Below are positions 50,941-60,396 of a stretch of 64,000 nucleotides of DNA, piece by piece. This DNA is from an uncultured Pelagibacteraceae bacterium (GTDB lineage: Bacteria > Pseudomonadota > Alphaproteobacteria > Pelagibacterales > Pelagibacteraceae). The notes below the pieces were generated by a model. That model was not told the origin of the DNA and did not search any database. It saw only the letters and a program-made list of their open reading frames with translations. Numbering within the stretch: the first letter of the stretch is position 1; each line of letters starts with the position of its first letter. The translations under genes and the position numbers were made by a program. The stretch lies in NCBI GenBank assembly GCA_902520685.1, contig CABYPE010000001.1, positions 9,255 through 73,254 on the forward strand, given 5' to 3'.

Positions 50941-51723
50941 ATGTTTTCTAAAGAGTTATTTAAAAAAGTAAATTCAATATCTAACTCACTTGCCCAAGCG
51001 AGAAAAAAAGATTTTTTAATAAATTCATTGCCAATTAATATTTCAAGAAATCTAGATTTAGTTAAACAAATTCGAAGTTTCGCTGAAGCAAAATTAGAAT
51101 GGCATCCTGTTGGATTTAAAATTGGTGGTACAAATCCTGAAATAATGAGTTTATTAAAAGCTAAGGGACCATTTTATTCTTATCTTTTTAGAGAACAAAC
51201 ATTTAATAATAACAAACAACTAAAGCTGTCACCTAATACATTGGGTATAGAACTCGAACTTGCATATAGAATTAGTAAAAATGTTTTCAAGAATGAAATA
51301 AAAAACAAAAAACAACTTAAGTATTTTATTCATGGCGTAACACCAGCAATAGAATTAGTTGGATTAAGACAAAAAATTAAAAAAATTATCAATGTTGGTC
51401 AAGCTATGGTTGATTTTGGATTGAATATTGCTTTTGTAAAATCAAAAATTAATAAACCTAATGATATTTTAAAACTGAGACTTGGAACTAAGATTACTAA
51501 TCTTAAAAATAAAAAAGTTTATTTTGGACATACAAAAAATGTAATGGGAAATCCTATTAATGCATTATATTGGTTAATTAAAGAGTTACAAAAAAAAGAC
51601 ATTTCATTAAACAAAGATTTTTGGGTTACAACAGGTTCAACTACTTCTATTGTTCCAGTAAAAAAAGGTGATAAGTTTTTAGGAGAAATTTCTAAAATTG
51701 GAAAAGTAATTGTAAGTTTTTAA
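50941..51723 (+). CDS. FAH-fold enzyme, 2-keto-4-pentenoate hydratase (MhpD)-like
   Basis: GFKIG, IELELA, PAIELV, GNP.NAL.WL, TTGS. Confidence 0.78.
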   Translation: MFSKELFKKVNSISNSLAQARKKDFLINSLPINISRNLDLVKQIRSFAEAKLEWHPVGFKIGGTNPEIMSLLKAKGPFYSYLFREQTFNNNKQLKLSPNTLGIELELAYRISKNVFKNEIKNKKQLKYFIHGVTPAIELVGLRQKIKKIINVGQAMVDFGLNIAFVKSKINKPNDILKLRLGTKITNLKNKKVYFGHTKNVMGNPINALYWLIKELQKKDISLNKDFWVTTGSTTSIVPVKKGDKFLGEISKIGKVIVSF

Positions 51724-51727
51724 ACTT

Positions 51728-52228
51728 TTATTTAATAACTTTTAATGTTCTATTTAAAGTGCCTACATGTTGAAGTATCCAATTAATATAATTAATAATT
51801 AAAATAGAAGTAGGACTAAATTTTTTAATTTTTCTTTTAGAGTTATTTGAAAAAGGAGTATTGACATATTTGATATAACCACGTTCTAGACAATCGTCTA
51901 ATATATTTGAAATTGTTTTGTATGAATAAATACGTAATTTTTTAATTACTTCCTCTTTATAGGTCGGGCCAGAATTTGTGTAAGTATCCATAATACATAA
52001 CAATATTTTATACCTTTTTATATTCTGTAGAAAATAAGTTAAACAGTCGTCTGATTGAAGTGCTTCTATTCTTTGAATCACAAATTGGTTGATAGACTTT
52101 AATAAAAAATCTAACTTTTCTTCAGAGTCTATTTTGAAATTGAGATCTGAATGGTCAATTAAACTAACAATTTTTTGATAATTCTTGAAAGACCTTTCAT
52201 TTTTTTTTATTTTTAAATTTTTTTTCAT
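51728..52228 (-). CDS. Hypothetical protein, probable winged-helix (MarR-like) regulator
   Basis: TYKEEVI..L..YSYKTISNILDDCLERGYI followed by a wing-like KRKIKKF; pattern recognition only. Confidence 0.5.
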   Translation of the reverse strand: MKKNLKIKKNERSFKNYQKIVSLIDHSDLNFKIDSEEKLDFLLKSINQFVIQRIEALQSDDCLTYFLQNIKRYKILLCIMDTYTNSGPTYKEEVIKKLRIYSYKTISNILDDCLERGYIKYVNTPFSNNSKRKIKKFSPTSILIINYINWILQHVGTLNRTLKVIK

Positions 52229-52426
52229 AATTTTTTTTAAAAATAATTTTAGATTACATGTTTAATCTTTTAAAAATCAAATATAATACTAGAAAAGGGA
52301 CAATATACCTTTGATTTTAATAAATATAAAAAATAACCAATAATAAGCTTTATACTACCTGTGATTGAAAAATAATTTTTAAGTGTCAATTTAGATCTAG
52401 ACTCTTATCTACGATTATAATTAAAT

Positions 52427-52450
52427 TATTAAAGTTAATTAACTTTAATA
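52427..52450 (+). promoter_or_regulatory. 24-bp perfect palindrome between a TATAAT box and the dctP RBS
   Basis: TATTAAAGTTAATTAACTTTAATA; TATAAT at 52416-52421; GGAG at 52451-52454. Confidence 0.55.
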
Positions 52451-52459
52451 GGAGTAATA

Positions 52460-53617
52460 ATGACGAAAGAAAATAAATCATTGAAGATTAAAACATCTTC
52501 AAGACGTAAGTTCTTTAAAACTGCTGCTAAAGCTGGAGCTGTTGCCGCAGCTACAGTTGCAATGCCGAACATTGCAAGAGCTGACGGTCACGTAACATTA
52601 AAGATGCAAGCAGCTTGGCCTTCAGGCGCTAATATCTTTTTTGAAATGGCTGGCGACTACTGCAACATGGTTAAAGAAATGTCTGGAGGTACACTTACAA
52701 TTGACCTTCAACCAGTTGGTTCAGTTGTAAAAACTTCAGAAATTGGAGCAGCGGTAAGTGATGGAAACCTTGATATGGGTCACTGGGTGACAGCATATTG
52801 GTATGGTAAAAATCCTGCGGCTTCACTTTTTGGAACTGGTCCTTCATACGGAATGTCATCTCAAGAAGTTATGGGATGGATGGAGTATGGTGGAGGAAGA
52901 AAATTATATGAAGAAGCAGTAGCTTCAGTTGGATTCGATTATATCGGATTCTTTCATATGCCTATGCCAGCACAACCTTTTGGTTGGTTTAAAAAGAACG
53001 TAACAAAAGTATCTGATGTTAAAGGTATGAAGTATAGAACAGTTGGTTTAGCGACTAACGTTTTAACTGCTATGGGGATGGTCGTAAGACAATTACCAGG
53101 TGGTGAAATTCAACCAGCGATGAAAACTGGTTTGATTGATGCTGCAGAGTTTAACAACCCTACATCAGACTCACAGTTTGGAATGCAAGATGTATCTAAA
53201 CACTATCACTTAGGTAGTTTCCACCAGTCTCAAGAAATGTTTGAGATACCGGTGAACAAAAAAAGATACAATAGCCTTTCACCTGCTCATCAAGCTATCT
53301 TGAAAAATGCTGCTTATGCTGCAAACTCAGATAACTACTTCAAAGCTTTGGTTAGATACTCACAAGATCTAGCTAAGTTAATGAACGAGCATAAGGTAAA
53401 TGTTTACCAAACTTCTGATGCAATTTTAGCTGAGCAGTTAAAAGGTTGGGATAAAATTGTTGGTGATTTTTCTAAGAAAGATCCTTTCTTTAAGAAAATT
53501 ATCGCATCTCAAAAAGCATATGCTAAGAGAACAATGAAGTATCTGTTGATGAATCAACCGAACTACAAGTTAGCTTATGAAAATGAGTTTGGTCCAATTG
53601 GAAAAGTTAAAATTTAA
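52460..53617 (+). CDS. dctP: TRAP transporter substrate-binding protein (DctP/TakP-like), Tat signal
   Basis: SRRKFFK twin-arginine leader, QPFGWF, KYRTVGL, AAEFNNP. Confidence 0.92.
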   Translation: MTKENKSLKIKTSSRRKFFKTAAKAGAVAAATVAMPNIARADGHVTLKMQAAWPSGANIFFEMAGDYCNMVKEMSGGTLTIDLQPVGSVVKTSEIGAAVSDGNLDMGHWVTAYWYGKNPAASLFGTGPSYGMSSQEVMGWMEYGGGRKLYEEAVASVGFDYIGFFHMPMPAQPFGWFKKNVTKVSDVKGMKYRTVGLATNVLTAMGMVVRQLPGGEIQPAMKTGLIDAAEFNNPTSDSQFGMQDVSKHYHLGSFHQSQEMFEIPVNKKRYNSLSPAHQAILKNAAYAANSDNYFKALVRYSQDLAKLMNEHKVNVYQTSDAILAEQLKGWDKIVGDFSKKDPFFKKIIASQKAYAKRTMKYLLMNQPNYKLAYENEFGPIGKVKI

Positions 53618-53639
53618 TTAACTTTCAAAGATTTAAATT

Positions 53640-53669
53640 AAAGGGGGTTTAAAAACCCCCTTTTTTTTT
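53640..53669 (+). terminator. Rho-independent terminator after dctP
   Basis: AAAGGGGGTT...AACCCCC followed by T9. Confidence 0.88.
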
Positions 53670-53698
53670 ACCAAAATTTACTATACTTATTAATTATT

Positions 53699-54283
53699 AT
53701 GGAATCTTACATTAAATTTGCAGATACATTAAGTACTTCAATGGGAAAGGCTTTTTCTTGGTGCATTGTTATTTTAATGGGTGGAACTGTTTATGAGGTA
53801 GTAATGGCATATGCATTTAATGCGCCAACACTATGGAATTTTGATTTTAGTATGCAAATGTATGGAGCTATATTAATGATGTCAGGTGCTTACTGCCTAG
53901 CTACAGAAGCACATGTAAGAGGAGATGTAATTTACAGATTGTTTAATCAAAGAACACAAGCATGGATAGATTTAGTGCTTTATTTCATATTCTTTTTTCC
54001 TGGGGTTATAGCTTTAGCATTTTATGGTTATGAATACGCAGCACAAGCTTGGAAAATTAAAGAGACTAGCTGGAGTAGTCCAGCCCAAATTCAAATTTAT
54101 ATGGTAAAATCTATGATCCCTGCTGCAGGTGTTATGTTATTTATTCAGGGAGTTAGTGAAGTATTCAGATCAATAATTTGTATTAAAACTGGTATTTGGC
54201 CTTCACGAATGGTTGTTGCTGAAGAGACAGATAAAATTTTAATGAGAACTTCACAAGAGGAGGATAAGAATAATGTTATTTAG
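53699..54283 (+). CDS. dctQ: TRAP small permease
   Basis: YEV...Y.FNAPT.W, HVRGD; four TM helices. Confidence 0.9.
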   Translation: MESYIKFADTLSTSMGKAFSWCIVILMGGTVYEVVMAYAFNAPTLWNFDFSMQMYGAILMMSGAYCLATEAHVRGDVIYRLFNQRTQAWIDLVLYFIFFFPGVIALAFYGYEYAAQAWKIKETSWSSPAQIQIYMVKSMIPAAGVMLFIQGVSEVFRSIICIKTGIWPSRMVVAEETDKILMRTSQEEDKNNVI

Positions 54284-55634
54284 TCTTACCAATCCTGAAG
54301 TTGCTATTTTAATGATGGGAGTATTTCTATTTGCAGTGTTATTAGGTTTTCCAATAGCTTTTACTCTGATGGCGATGGGAATAGGCTTTGGTTATTATGC
54401 TTATTACGATCCAGTTTTAATGGATCACCTTTTTGATAATAGAATATTTTCTTTATTTGTTAAAAATACTTATACAGTTATGGATAATAATGTGCTTACT
54501 GCAGTACCACTTTTTTTATTCATGGGATACTTGGTTGAAAGAGCTGGAATTGTAGCTAAATTATTTTTTGCAATAAGACTTGCCGCTCATAGATTGCCTG
54601 CATCTATGGCCGTAGCAGCGTTAATAACTTGTACTTTATTTTCTACAGCAACAGGAATTATAGGAGCAGTTGTAACTTTAATGGGCTTACTTGCATGGCC
54701 AGCGATGGTTAAAGCTGGATATGATAAAAAGTTTGCATCTGGGATAATTTGTGCCGGAGGTTGTTTGGGAATTTTAATTCCTCCAAGCATTATGTTGATT
54801 GTTTACTCTGTAATTGCTCAATTATCTCCCTTAAGATTATTTGCAGCAGCAATTTTTCCAGGATTAATGTTAGCAGGATTATATATTGCTTATGCAGTAA
54901 CAAGAGCTTGGCTTAATCCTTCAATAGCTCCAAGACCACCGGCCGAAGATATTCCGCCAAGAGCAGAAATTTTAAAAGAAGTATTGGTTTCTTTTGTGCC
55001 TTTATTCGGTTTAATTATGTTGGTTCTAGGAACAATTCTTGCTGGGATTGCTACTCCAGCAGAAGCCGCCGCCGCGGGGGCATTTGGTGCAATTATTTTA
55101 TCTTGGTTTTATAAAACATTAAAATGGCAGAATTTTAAAGAGTCAGTTTTTTTAACTGCAAAAACAACAGCAATGATTATGTGGTTATTTATTGGATCAT
55201 GGACTTTCTCTTCTGTCTTTTCTTATTTAGGTGGACATGAGGTATTTGAACATTTCTTTACATCAATCAATATAACCACATGGCAGTTTTTGATAATAAC
55301 TCAAATAATAATTTTTCTTTTAGGATGGCCTTTAGAGTGGACTGAAATTTTAATAATATTTGTCCCAATATTTTTACCTTTATTAGAAATATTTGATGTT
55401 AATCCATATTTCTTTGCAATGTTAATTGCTTTAAATTTACAGACTTCTTTTTTAACTCCACCAATGGCAATGTCAGCTTATTATCTAAAAGGAGTTCAAA
55501 AAACTAACGTTGAATTAATGGAAATATTTAGGGGCATTATGCCATTTTTAGGTATAGTTATTTTTGGAATGTTTTTAATGTATATGTTTCCTGGAATTGC
55601 TTTGTGGCTGCCAGAAGTATTGTTTGCTGACTAA
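54273..55634 (+). CDS. dctM: TRAP large permease
   Basis: AVPLFLFMG, LGILIPPS, QTSFLTPP. Confidence 0.93.
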   Translation: MLFSLTNPEVAILMMGVFLFAVLLGFPIAFTLMAMGIGFGYYAYYDPVLMDHLFDNRIFSLFVKNTYTVMDNNVLTAVPLFLFMGYLVERAGIVAKLFFAIRLAAHRLPASMAVAALITCTLFSTATGIIGAVVTLMGLLAWPAMVKAGYDKKFASGIICAGGCLGILIPPSIMLIVYSVIAQLSPLRLFAAAIFPGLMLAGLYIAYAVTRAWLNPSIAPRPPAEDIPPRAEILKEVLVSFVPLFGLIMLVLGTILAGIATPAEAAAAGAFGAIILSWFYKTLKWQNFKESVFLTAKTTAMIMWLFIGSWTFSSVFSYLGGHEVFEHFFTSINITTWQFLIITQIIIFLLGWPLEWTEILIIFVPIFLPLLEIFDVNPYFFAMLIALNLQTSFLTPPMAMSAYYLKGVQKTNVELMEIFRGIMPFLGIVIFGMFLMYMFPGIALWLPEVLFAD

Positions 55635-55639
55635 AAAAA

Positions 55640-56965
55640 ATGATTGATATATTTTCGTTAAGTGTTGAAGAGATGGCTTCAAAAATTAAAGAAGGTCATT
55701 TAAGCTCAGTTGAGGTTTGTGAAAAATATATTGAAAGAATAAATAAATTCGAAAAAGATATTAAAGCATGGGCTCACTTTGACAAAAAAGTTTTATTAGA
55801 GAAAGCAGCTGATGCTGATGAACATAGAAGATCAGGAAAACCAGTTGGTTCACTTCATGGAGTTCCTGTAGCTATCAAAGATATTATTGGAACTGTAGAT
55901 ATGCCAACTGAATGTGGAACGCCGATAAGAAAAGGTAAATCTTATTCACAAAATGCTGAGATAGTTGAACTTTTACATTCAGCAGGGGCTATTGTGATGG
56001 GTAAAACAGCTACGTCTGAATTAGCATATCTTGGACCACCAAAAACAACCAACCCTCACGATTATTCTCGAACACCAGGAGGTTCTTCAAGTGGATCTGC
56101 AGCTTCTGTTGCATCATTAATGACCCCTCTTTCGATTGGATCACAAACAGGTGGATCAGTTATAAGACCTGCTTCTTATTGTGGCGTTGTTGGCTATAAA
56201 CCAACTTATGGTCTAATTTCAAGAAATGGTGTTTTGAGAACTTCATATGCGTTAGATCATATGGGTATATTTGGAAGAACTGTTGAAGATGTAGCATTAT
56301 TAGCAAAAGTTTTAATTAAAAAAGATCATCATGATCCTGCAACTATTTATTATTCAGCTGAAAATATTTTAGAAGAAACAAAAAAAGGCCCAACATACGA
56401 ACCTAAGTTCATTTTTTATAAGTCAGATTATTGGAAAATAATTGATAAAAAATCTAGAGAATCATTTGAATATTTTATTAAGTCATTTAAAAATATTGAG
56501 ATATTTGATACTCCATCATATTTTAAAGATATTCATAAATATCATCAAATTATTCACGAAACAGATTTAGCTAATAATTTTGCAATGTATTACAAAAAGT
56601 ATAAAGCAAAACTGTCTAAATATATGCAAACTGCTATAGCCAAAGGTAATAAATATTCAGCAAAAGAATATGCTGAGGCAATTGATTTCAAAAAAAGAAG
56701 TTATGAGTCTTACCAAGAAGTCTTTGAGGATTATCACGGTGTGTTATCGCCCTCTAGTCCTGGTGTAGCGCCTAAAGGTTTGAAGAGTACTGGAACGGCT
56801 GAATTTAATAAAGTTTGGTCTTATTTAGGAACCCCTTGTATTTCTCTTCCATTGCTTGAAGGTGAAAATGGCTTGCCATTGGGAGTTCAGCTTATAGGAG
56901 ATCGTTATGATGATCACAGATTTTTAGGGGTTGCTAATTGGTTAGAAAAGGAATGTAATAATTAA
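55640..56965 (+). CDS. Amidase signature family enzyme
   Basis: AIKD, TPGGSSSGSAA, GSQTGGSVIRPASYCG. Confidence 0.93.
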   Translation: MIDIFSLSVEEMASKIKEGHLSSVEVCEKYIERINKFEKDIKAWAHFDKKVLLEKAADADEHRRSGKPVGSLHGVPVAIKDIIGTVDMPTECGTPIRKGKSYSQNAEIVELLHSAGAIVMGKTATSELAYLGPPKTTNPHDYSRTPGGSSSGSAASVASLMTPLSIGSQTGGSVIRPASYCGVVGYKPTYGLISRNGVLRTSYALDHMGIFGRTVEDVALLAKVLIKKDHHDPATIYYSAENILEETKKGPTYEPKFIFYKSDYWKIIDKKSRESFEYFIKSFKNIEIFDTPSYFKDIHKYHQIIHETDLANNFAMYYKKYKAKLSKYMQTAIAKGNKYSAKEYAEAIDFKKRSYESYQEVFEDYHGVLSPSSPGVAPKGLKSTGTAEFNKVWSYLGTPCISLPLLEGENGLPLGVQLIGDRYDDHRFLGVANWLEKECNN

Positions 56966-56966
56966 A

Positions 56967-57146
56967 ATGCAAAAGTTTACAACATTTTTAGGATCTTTGT
57001 TTGCGATAGCTTTTTTATTAGGTCTTGCCACTACATTAACTAGATCATCAATGATAAGTTTTTTTGATGTATTGCCAGTTTATATTTTAATGGGTATTGC
57101 AATTTTTATGATGGTTTATGAAGCTTTCTTTGAAAAAAAAAAATAG
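56967..57146 (+). CDS. Small two-TM hypothetical protein (missing from the ORF track)
   Basis: 59-aa ORF MQKFTTFLGS...YEAFFEKKK filling the amidase-DMT gap, starting 1 nt after the amidase stop. Confidence 0.7.
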   Translation: MQKFTTFLGSLFAIAFLLGLATTLTRSSMISFFDVLPVYILMGIAIFMMVYEAFFEKKK

Positions 57147-57165
57147 ATAATTCAAAATTAAATCA

Positions 57166-58071
57166 TTGAGTACAAAAACTAACAATCTTTTTGCATTCTC
57201 TCTTTTATTTATTCAGCCTATTTTTATGGCATCAAACTTAGTAGTAGCCAGAGGTGGAGTAGAATATGTTCCACCGATTTCCTTAGCATTTTGGAGATGG
57301 ACATTAGTTTTTATAATTCTTCTACCCTTTACTTATGTAACCTTAAAAAAAAATTATAAAATTTTAAAAAAAGAATATAAAAAACTTTTTTTCTTAGGTG
57401 CAACTGGCTGCGGTATCTGTGGTGCGTTCCCTTTTTTAGCTGGCCAAACCACTACAGTTACTAATATGGGAATTATATATACGTCTTCTCCAATATTTAT
57501 AATTTTGATTTCTAGTATTTTTTTTAATGAAAAAATTAATTTAACTAAGATTATTGGGCTTATAACTTGTTTAATTGGAGTCTTTGCAATTATTATAAAG
57601 GGTGATTTTTACTTATTAATAAATCTAAATTTTACAATTGGTGATCTTTGGATGTTAGCTGCTGCTATAGGATGGGCATTATATTCAATTTACTTGTTTT
57701 ATTGGAAATCAAAACTTGAGATTTTTCAAAGATTTACTTTGATTGCATTTTTTGGTGCAGTTAGTTTACTTCCTTTTTATATTGGGGAAGAAATTTTTTT
57801 TGAAAAAACTGTATTTAATAAACAATTTTTAATGTGGGTAATTTTTGCAGCTATTTCTCCAGGTATAATTGCATTCACACTTTATACTATTACACAAAAA
57901 AAACTTGGTGCCTCTTTGACCGGATTTACATTATATATTTTTACAATCTATGGAGCGATATATGGTTATTTTTTATTTGGAGAAAAATTAGAAAACTATC
58001 ATTTGATAGGAACAATTTTGGTATTTATTGGTGTATATTTAGCAAAGAAAAAAAATGTTCAAAAAATTTAG
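57166..58071 (+). CDS. DMT/EamA family transporter
   Basis: PPISLAFWR, two EamA repeats, GDLWML...WALYS. Confidence 0.9.
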   Translation: MSTKTNNLFAFSLLFIQPIFMASNLVVARGGVEYVPPISLAFWRWTLVFIILLPFTYVTLKKNYKILKKEYKKLFFLGATGCGICGAFPFLAGQTTTVTNMGIIYTSSPIFIILISSIFFNEKINLTKIIGLITCLIGVFAIIIKGDFYLLINLNFTIGDLWMLAAAIGWALYSIYLFYWKSKLEIFQRFTLIAFFGAVSLLPFYIGEEIFFEKTVFNKQFLMWVIFAAISPGIIAFTLYTITQKKLGASLTGFTLYIFTIYGAIYGYFLFGEKLENYHLIGTILVFIGVYLAKKKNVQKI

Positions 58072-58873
58072 GAAGAATTTATTGCAATTAGTTTTAATTA
58101 TCTTTTTTTTGTATTTTTTTGTTTTAGTATTTTTATACTTCTATCAGCGAAATTTACTTTATCATCCAAATGAAAATAACTATTCAGGAGATAAAATTTT
58201 AGTTGATATTAAAAAAGTTAAAATACGAACTTCAGATAATATTGAACTACTTGGATGGTATCATGAAAAAAATCTTAAAAACTTCAAAACTTTAATTTAC
58301 TTTCATGGGAATGCAGGATCTTTAGAAAATAGAATTCATAAGCTGAATCATTTTCAAGATATGAATATCAATTTTTTAATTATAGCCTGGCGCGGGTTTA
58401 GTGGAAATAATGGTAAACCTTCTGAACAAGGACTCTATGAAGATGGAAAAAGTGCAATTAATTGGATTACTGAAAAACAGGTGGATGAAAAAAATATTAT
58501 TTTATATGGAGAGTCATTAGGCACAGGGGTAGCTTCACATTTAGCTCAAAATAAAAGTTATGCAGGCATTATTTTAGAAACTCCATTCACATCTATGATA
58601 GATGCGGCCAAAACATTTTATCCTTATATTCCAGTAAATTTATTACTTAAAGATAAATTTGAAAATTATAAAAAAATTAAGAATATAAACTCACCTATTT
58701 TAGTTATGCATGGTGAGGTAGATCAAATAGTTCCATTCTCAATGGGTAAAAAAATTTATGAATTAGCAAATGAACCCAAATATTCTTACTTTACCAAATA
58801 TGACAATCATATGATGGAATACGATGAAAAGTTAGTTTTAGCACTTAAATCATTTCTTAAAAGTTTAAATTAA
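58055..58873 (+). CDS. Alpha/beta hydrolase (Bem46/ABHD13-like)
   Basis: FHGNAG, YGESLG nucleophile, HG..D.IVP, HM. Confidence 0.9.
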   Translation: MFKKFRKNLLQLVLIIFFLYFFVLVFLYFYQRNLLYHPNENNYSGDKILVDIKKVKIRTSDNIELLGWYHEKNLKNFKTLIYFHGNAGSLENRIHKLNHFQDMNINFLIIAWRGFSGNNGKPSEQGLYEDGKSAINWITEKQVDEKNIILYGESLGTGVASHLAQNKSYAGIILETPFTSMIDAAKTFYPYIPVNLLLKDKFENYKKIKNINSPILVMHGEVDQIVPFSMGKKIYELANEPKYSYFTKYDNHMMEYDEKLVLALKSFLKSLN

Positions 58874-58922
58874 GACACATTCCAACCAAATAAAATTCAA
58901 TATTATCTTTTAAGTTTAGAAT

Positions 58923-59486
58923 ATGAGTAGAATATTTTTACTAATTATTTTTATTTTTTCTTTAAAGAACGTTGTTAGTGCAAAAGATAATGAATTTTTA
59001 GCCGATGATTTATTTCATATTGATCACATGAATTCTCATAACAAAAATTTTGCCTTGTATTTTAAGGGTAGAGAAAAATCAATTTTGGCCAGAGGTGAAA
59101 CTAGTAATTATATTAATGATTATCCAAAAGATCTTTATATTTATGATTATAATACTAAAACTTCATCTCCATTAATATCTTATGAATGGTTTCCGTCCCA
59201 CGCAAAATATTATCTTCAGGAATATGACTTTCCTGTATTTCCAGATGATTTTGCATACTATCTTCTAAAAGATAATAAAACCTTAGTTATGATAAGTGCA
59301 GTAAAAAGTTTAAATGCTAACTTTAAATTTGATATTATAGAAAAAAAACTAGAGTTGTATCCTGCTAATGGAAAATTTGATTTTATCATATCTTCTTTTG
59401 CCAAAAATTGTGGTCACTCTAAATTTGAGGATAATTATAAATGTAGTTTTTACAAACCATTAATATCAAGCAATTTAATTAACTAG
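58923..59486 (+). CDS. Hypothetical exported protein
   Basis: 187-aa ORF with N-terminal signal peptide. Confidence 0.65.
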   Translation: MSRIFLLIIFIFSLKNVVSAKDNEFLADDLFHIDHMNSHNKNFALYFKGREKSILARGETSNYINDYPKDLYIYDYNTKTSSPLISYEWFPSHAKYYLQEYDFPVFPDDFAYYLLKDNKTLVMISAVKSLNANFKFDIIEKKLELYPANGKFDFIISSFAKNCGHSKFEDNYKCSFYKPLISSNLIN

Positions 59487-60396
59487 TTTGAGTAAAAGCC
59501 TCAGCAAATTTTTCAGCCTCAAATATTTGTAAGTCATCCTCTTTTTCACCTAAACCTAAAGCAATAATTGGAAGTTTATATTTTTTTGCCAAAGCTAAAA
59601 GAATTCCACCTTTTGCAGTTCCATCTAATTTTGTCATGATAATACCTGTTATTGGAATTATTTTATTAAATTCTTCGACTTGATTAATTATATTTTGACC
59701 AGACGTTGCATCTAGAACCAAGATGACATCATGCGGTGCATCTGGATCTATTTTTTTTGTTACATTGGCAATTTTTTTATATTCCTCCATTAAATTTTTT
59801 TTATTTTGCAATCTTCCAGCTGTATCAATTAGAACTTGATCAAAATTATTATTAATAGCTTCTTCAATAGCTTTGTAAGCAACCGAGGCTGGGTCAGATC
59901 CTTGTGATGATTTAGTTATTTGAACATCTATTTTTTTTGCCCAATTTTCTAATTGTTCAATTGCTGCAGCTCTAAAGGTATCAGATGCAGCAAACATAAC
60001 TTTATTGCCGTTAGTCTTTAAAATTTTTCCAATTTTACCAATACTTGTTGTTTTTCCAACACCATTAACTCCAGAAATTAAAGTTGCATTTAGTTTATCT
60101 TTTTTTTTGAAAAAATAACTATTCTCCAAAGGTTTCATAAGAGAAATTATATATTCTTTTAAAATGAGATTGATTTCTAATTTTAAATCTTTATTTGGAT
60201 CAACTTTTTTTGTTGAAATTATATCCTTTATCTCAGAAGCAGCTTCAATACCAACATCTGATTGAATTAAAAATTCCTCAATTTTATTTAAATTTTTATC
60301 ATCTATTTCTTTTTTTATAATAATTTCTTTAAGACCAGATGAAAGTGCTGAAGCACTTTTTTGAAAACCTTTTTTAAATTTATCAAATATTCCCAT
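59479..60396 (-). CDS. ftsY: SRP receptor FtsY
   Basis: GVNGVGKTT, DTFRAAA, DTAGR, TKLDGTAKGG. Confidence 0.97.
   Translation of the reverse strand: MGIFDKFKKGFQKSASALSSGLKEIIIKKEIDDKNLNKIEEFLIQSDVGIEAASEIKDIISTKKVDPNKDLKLEINLILKEYIISLMKPLENSYFFKKKDKLNATLISGVNGVGKTTSIGKIGKILKTNGNKVMFAASDTFRAAAIEQLENWAKKIDVQITKSSQGSDPASVAYKAIEEAINNNFDQVLIDTAGRLQNKKNLMEEYKKIANVTKKIDPDAPHDVILVLDATSGQNIINQVEEFNKIIPITGIIMTKLDGTAKGGILLALAKKYKLPIIALGLGEKEDDLQIFEAEKFAEAFTQTS

Noticed and set aside
42778-52228. Mobile element or prophage interpretation of the accessory module
   Set aside because: No integrase, transposase, flanking tRNA or direct repeats were seen, and composition is as AT-rich as the flanks.
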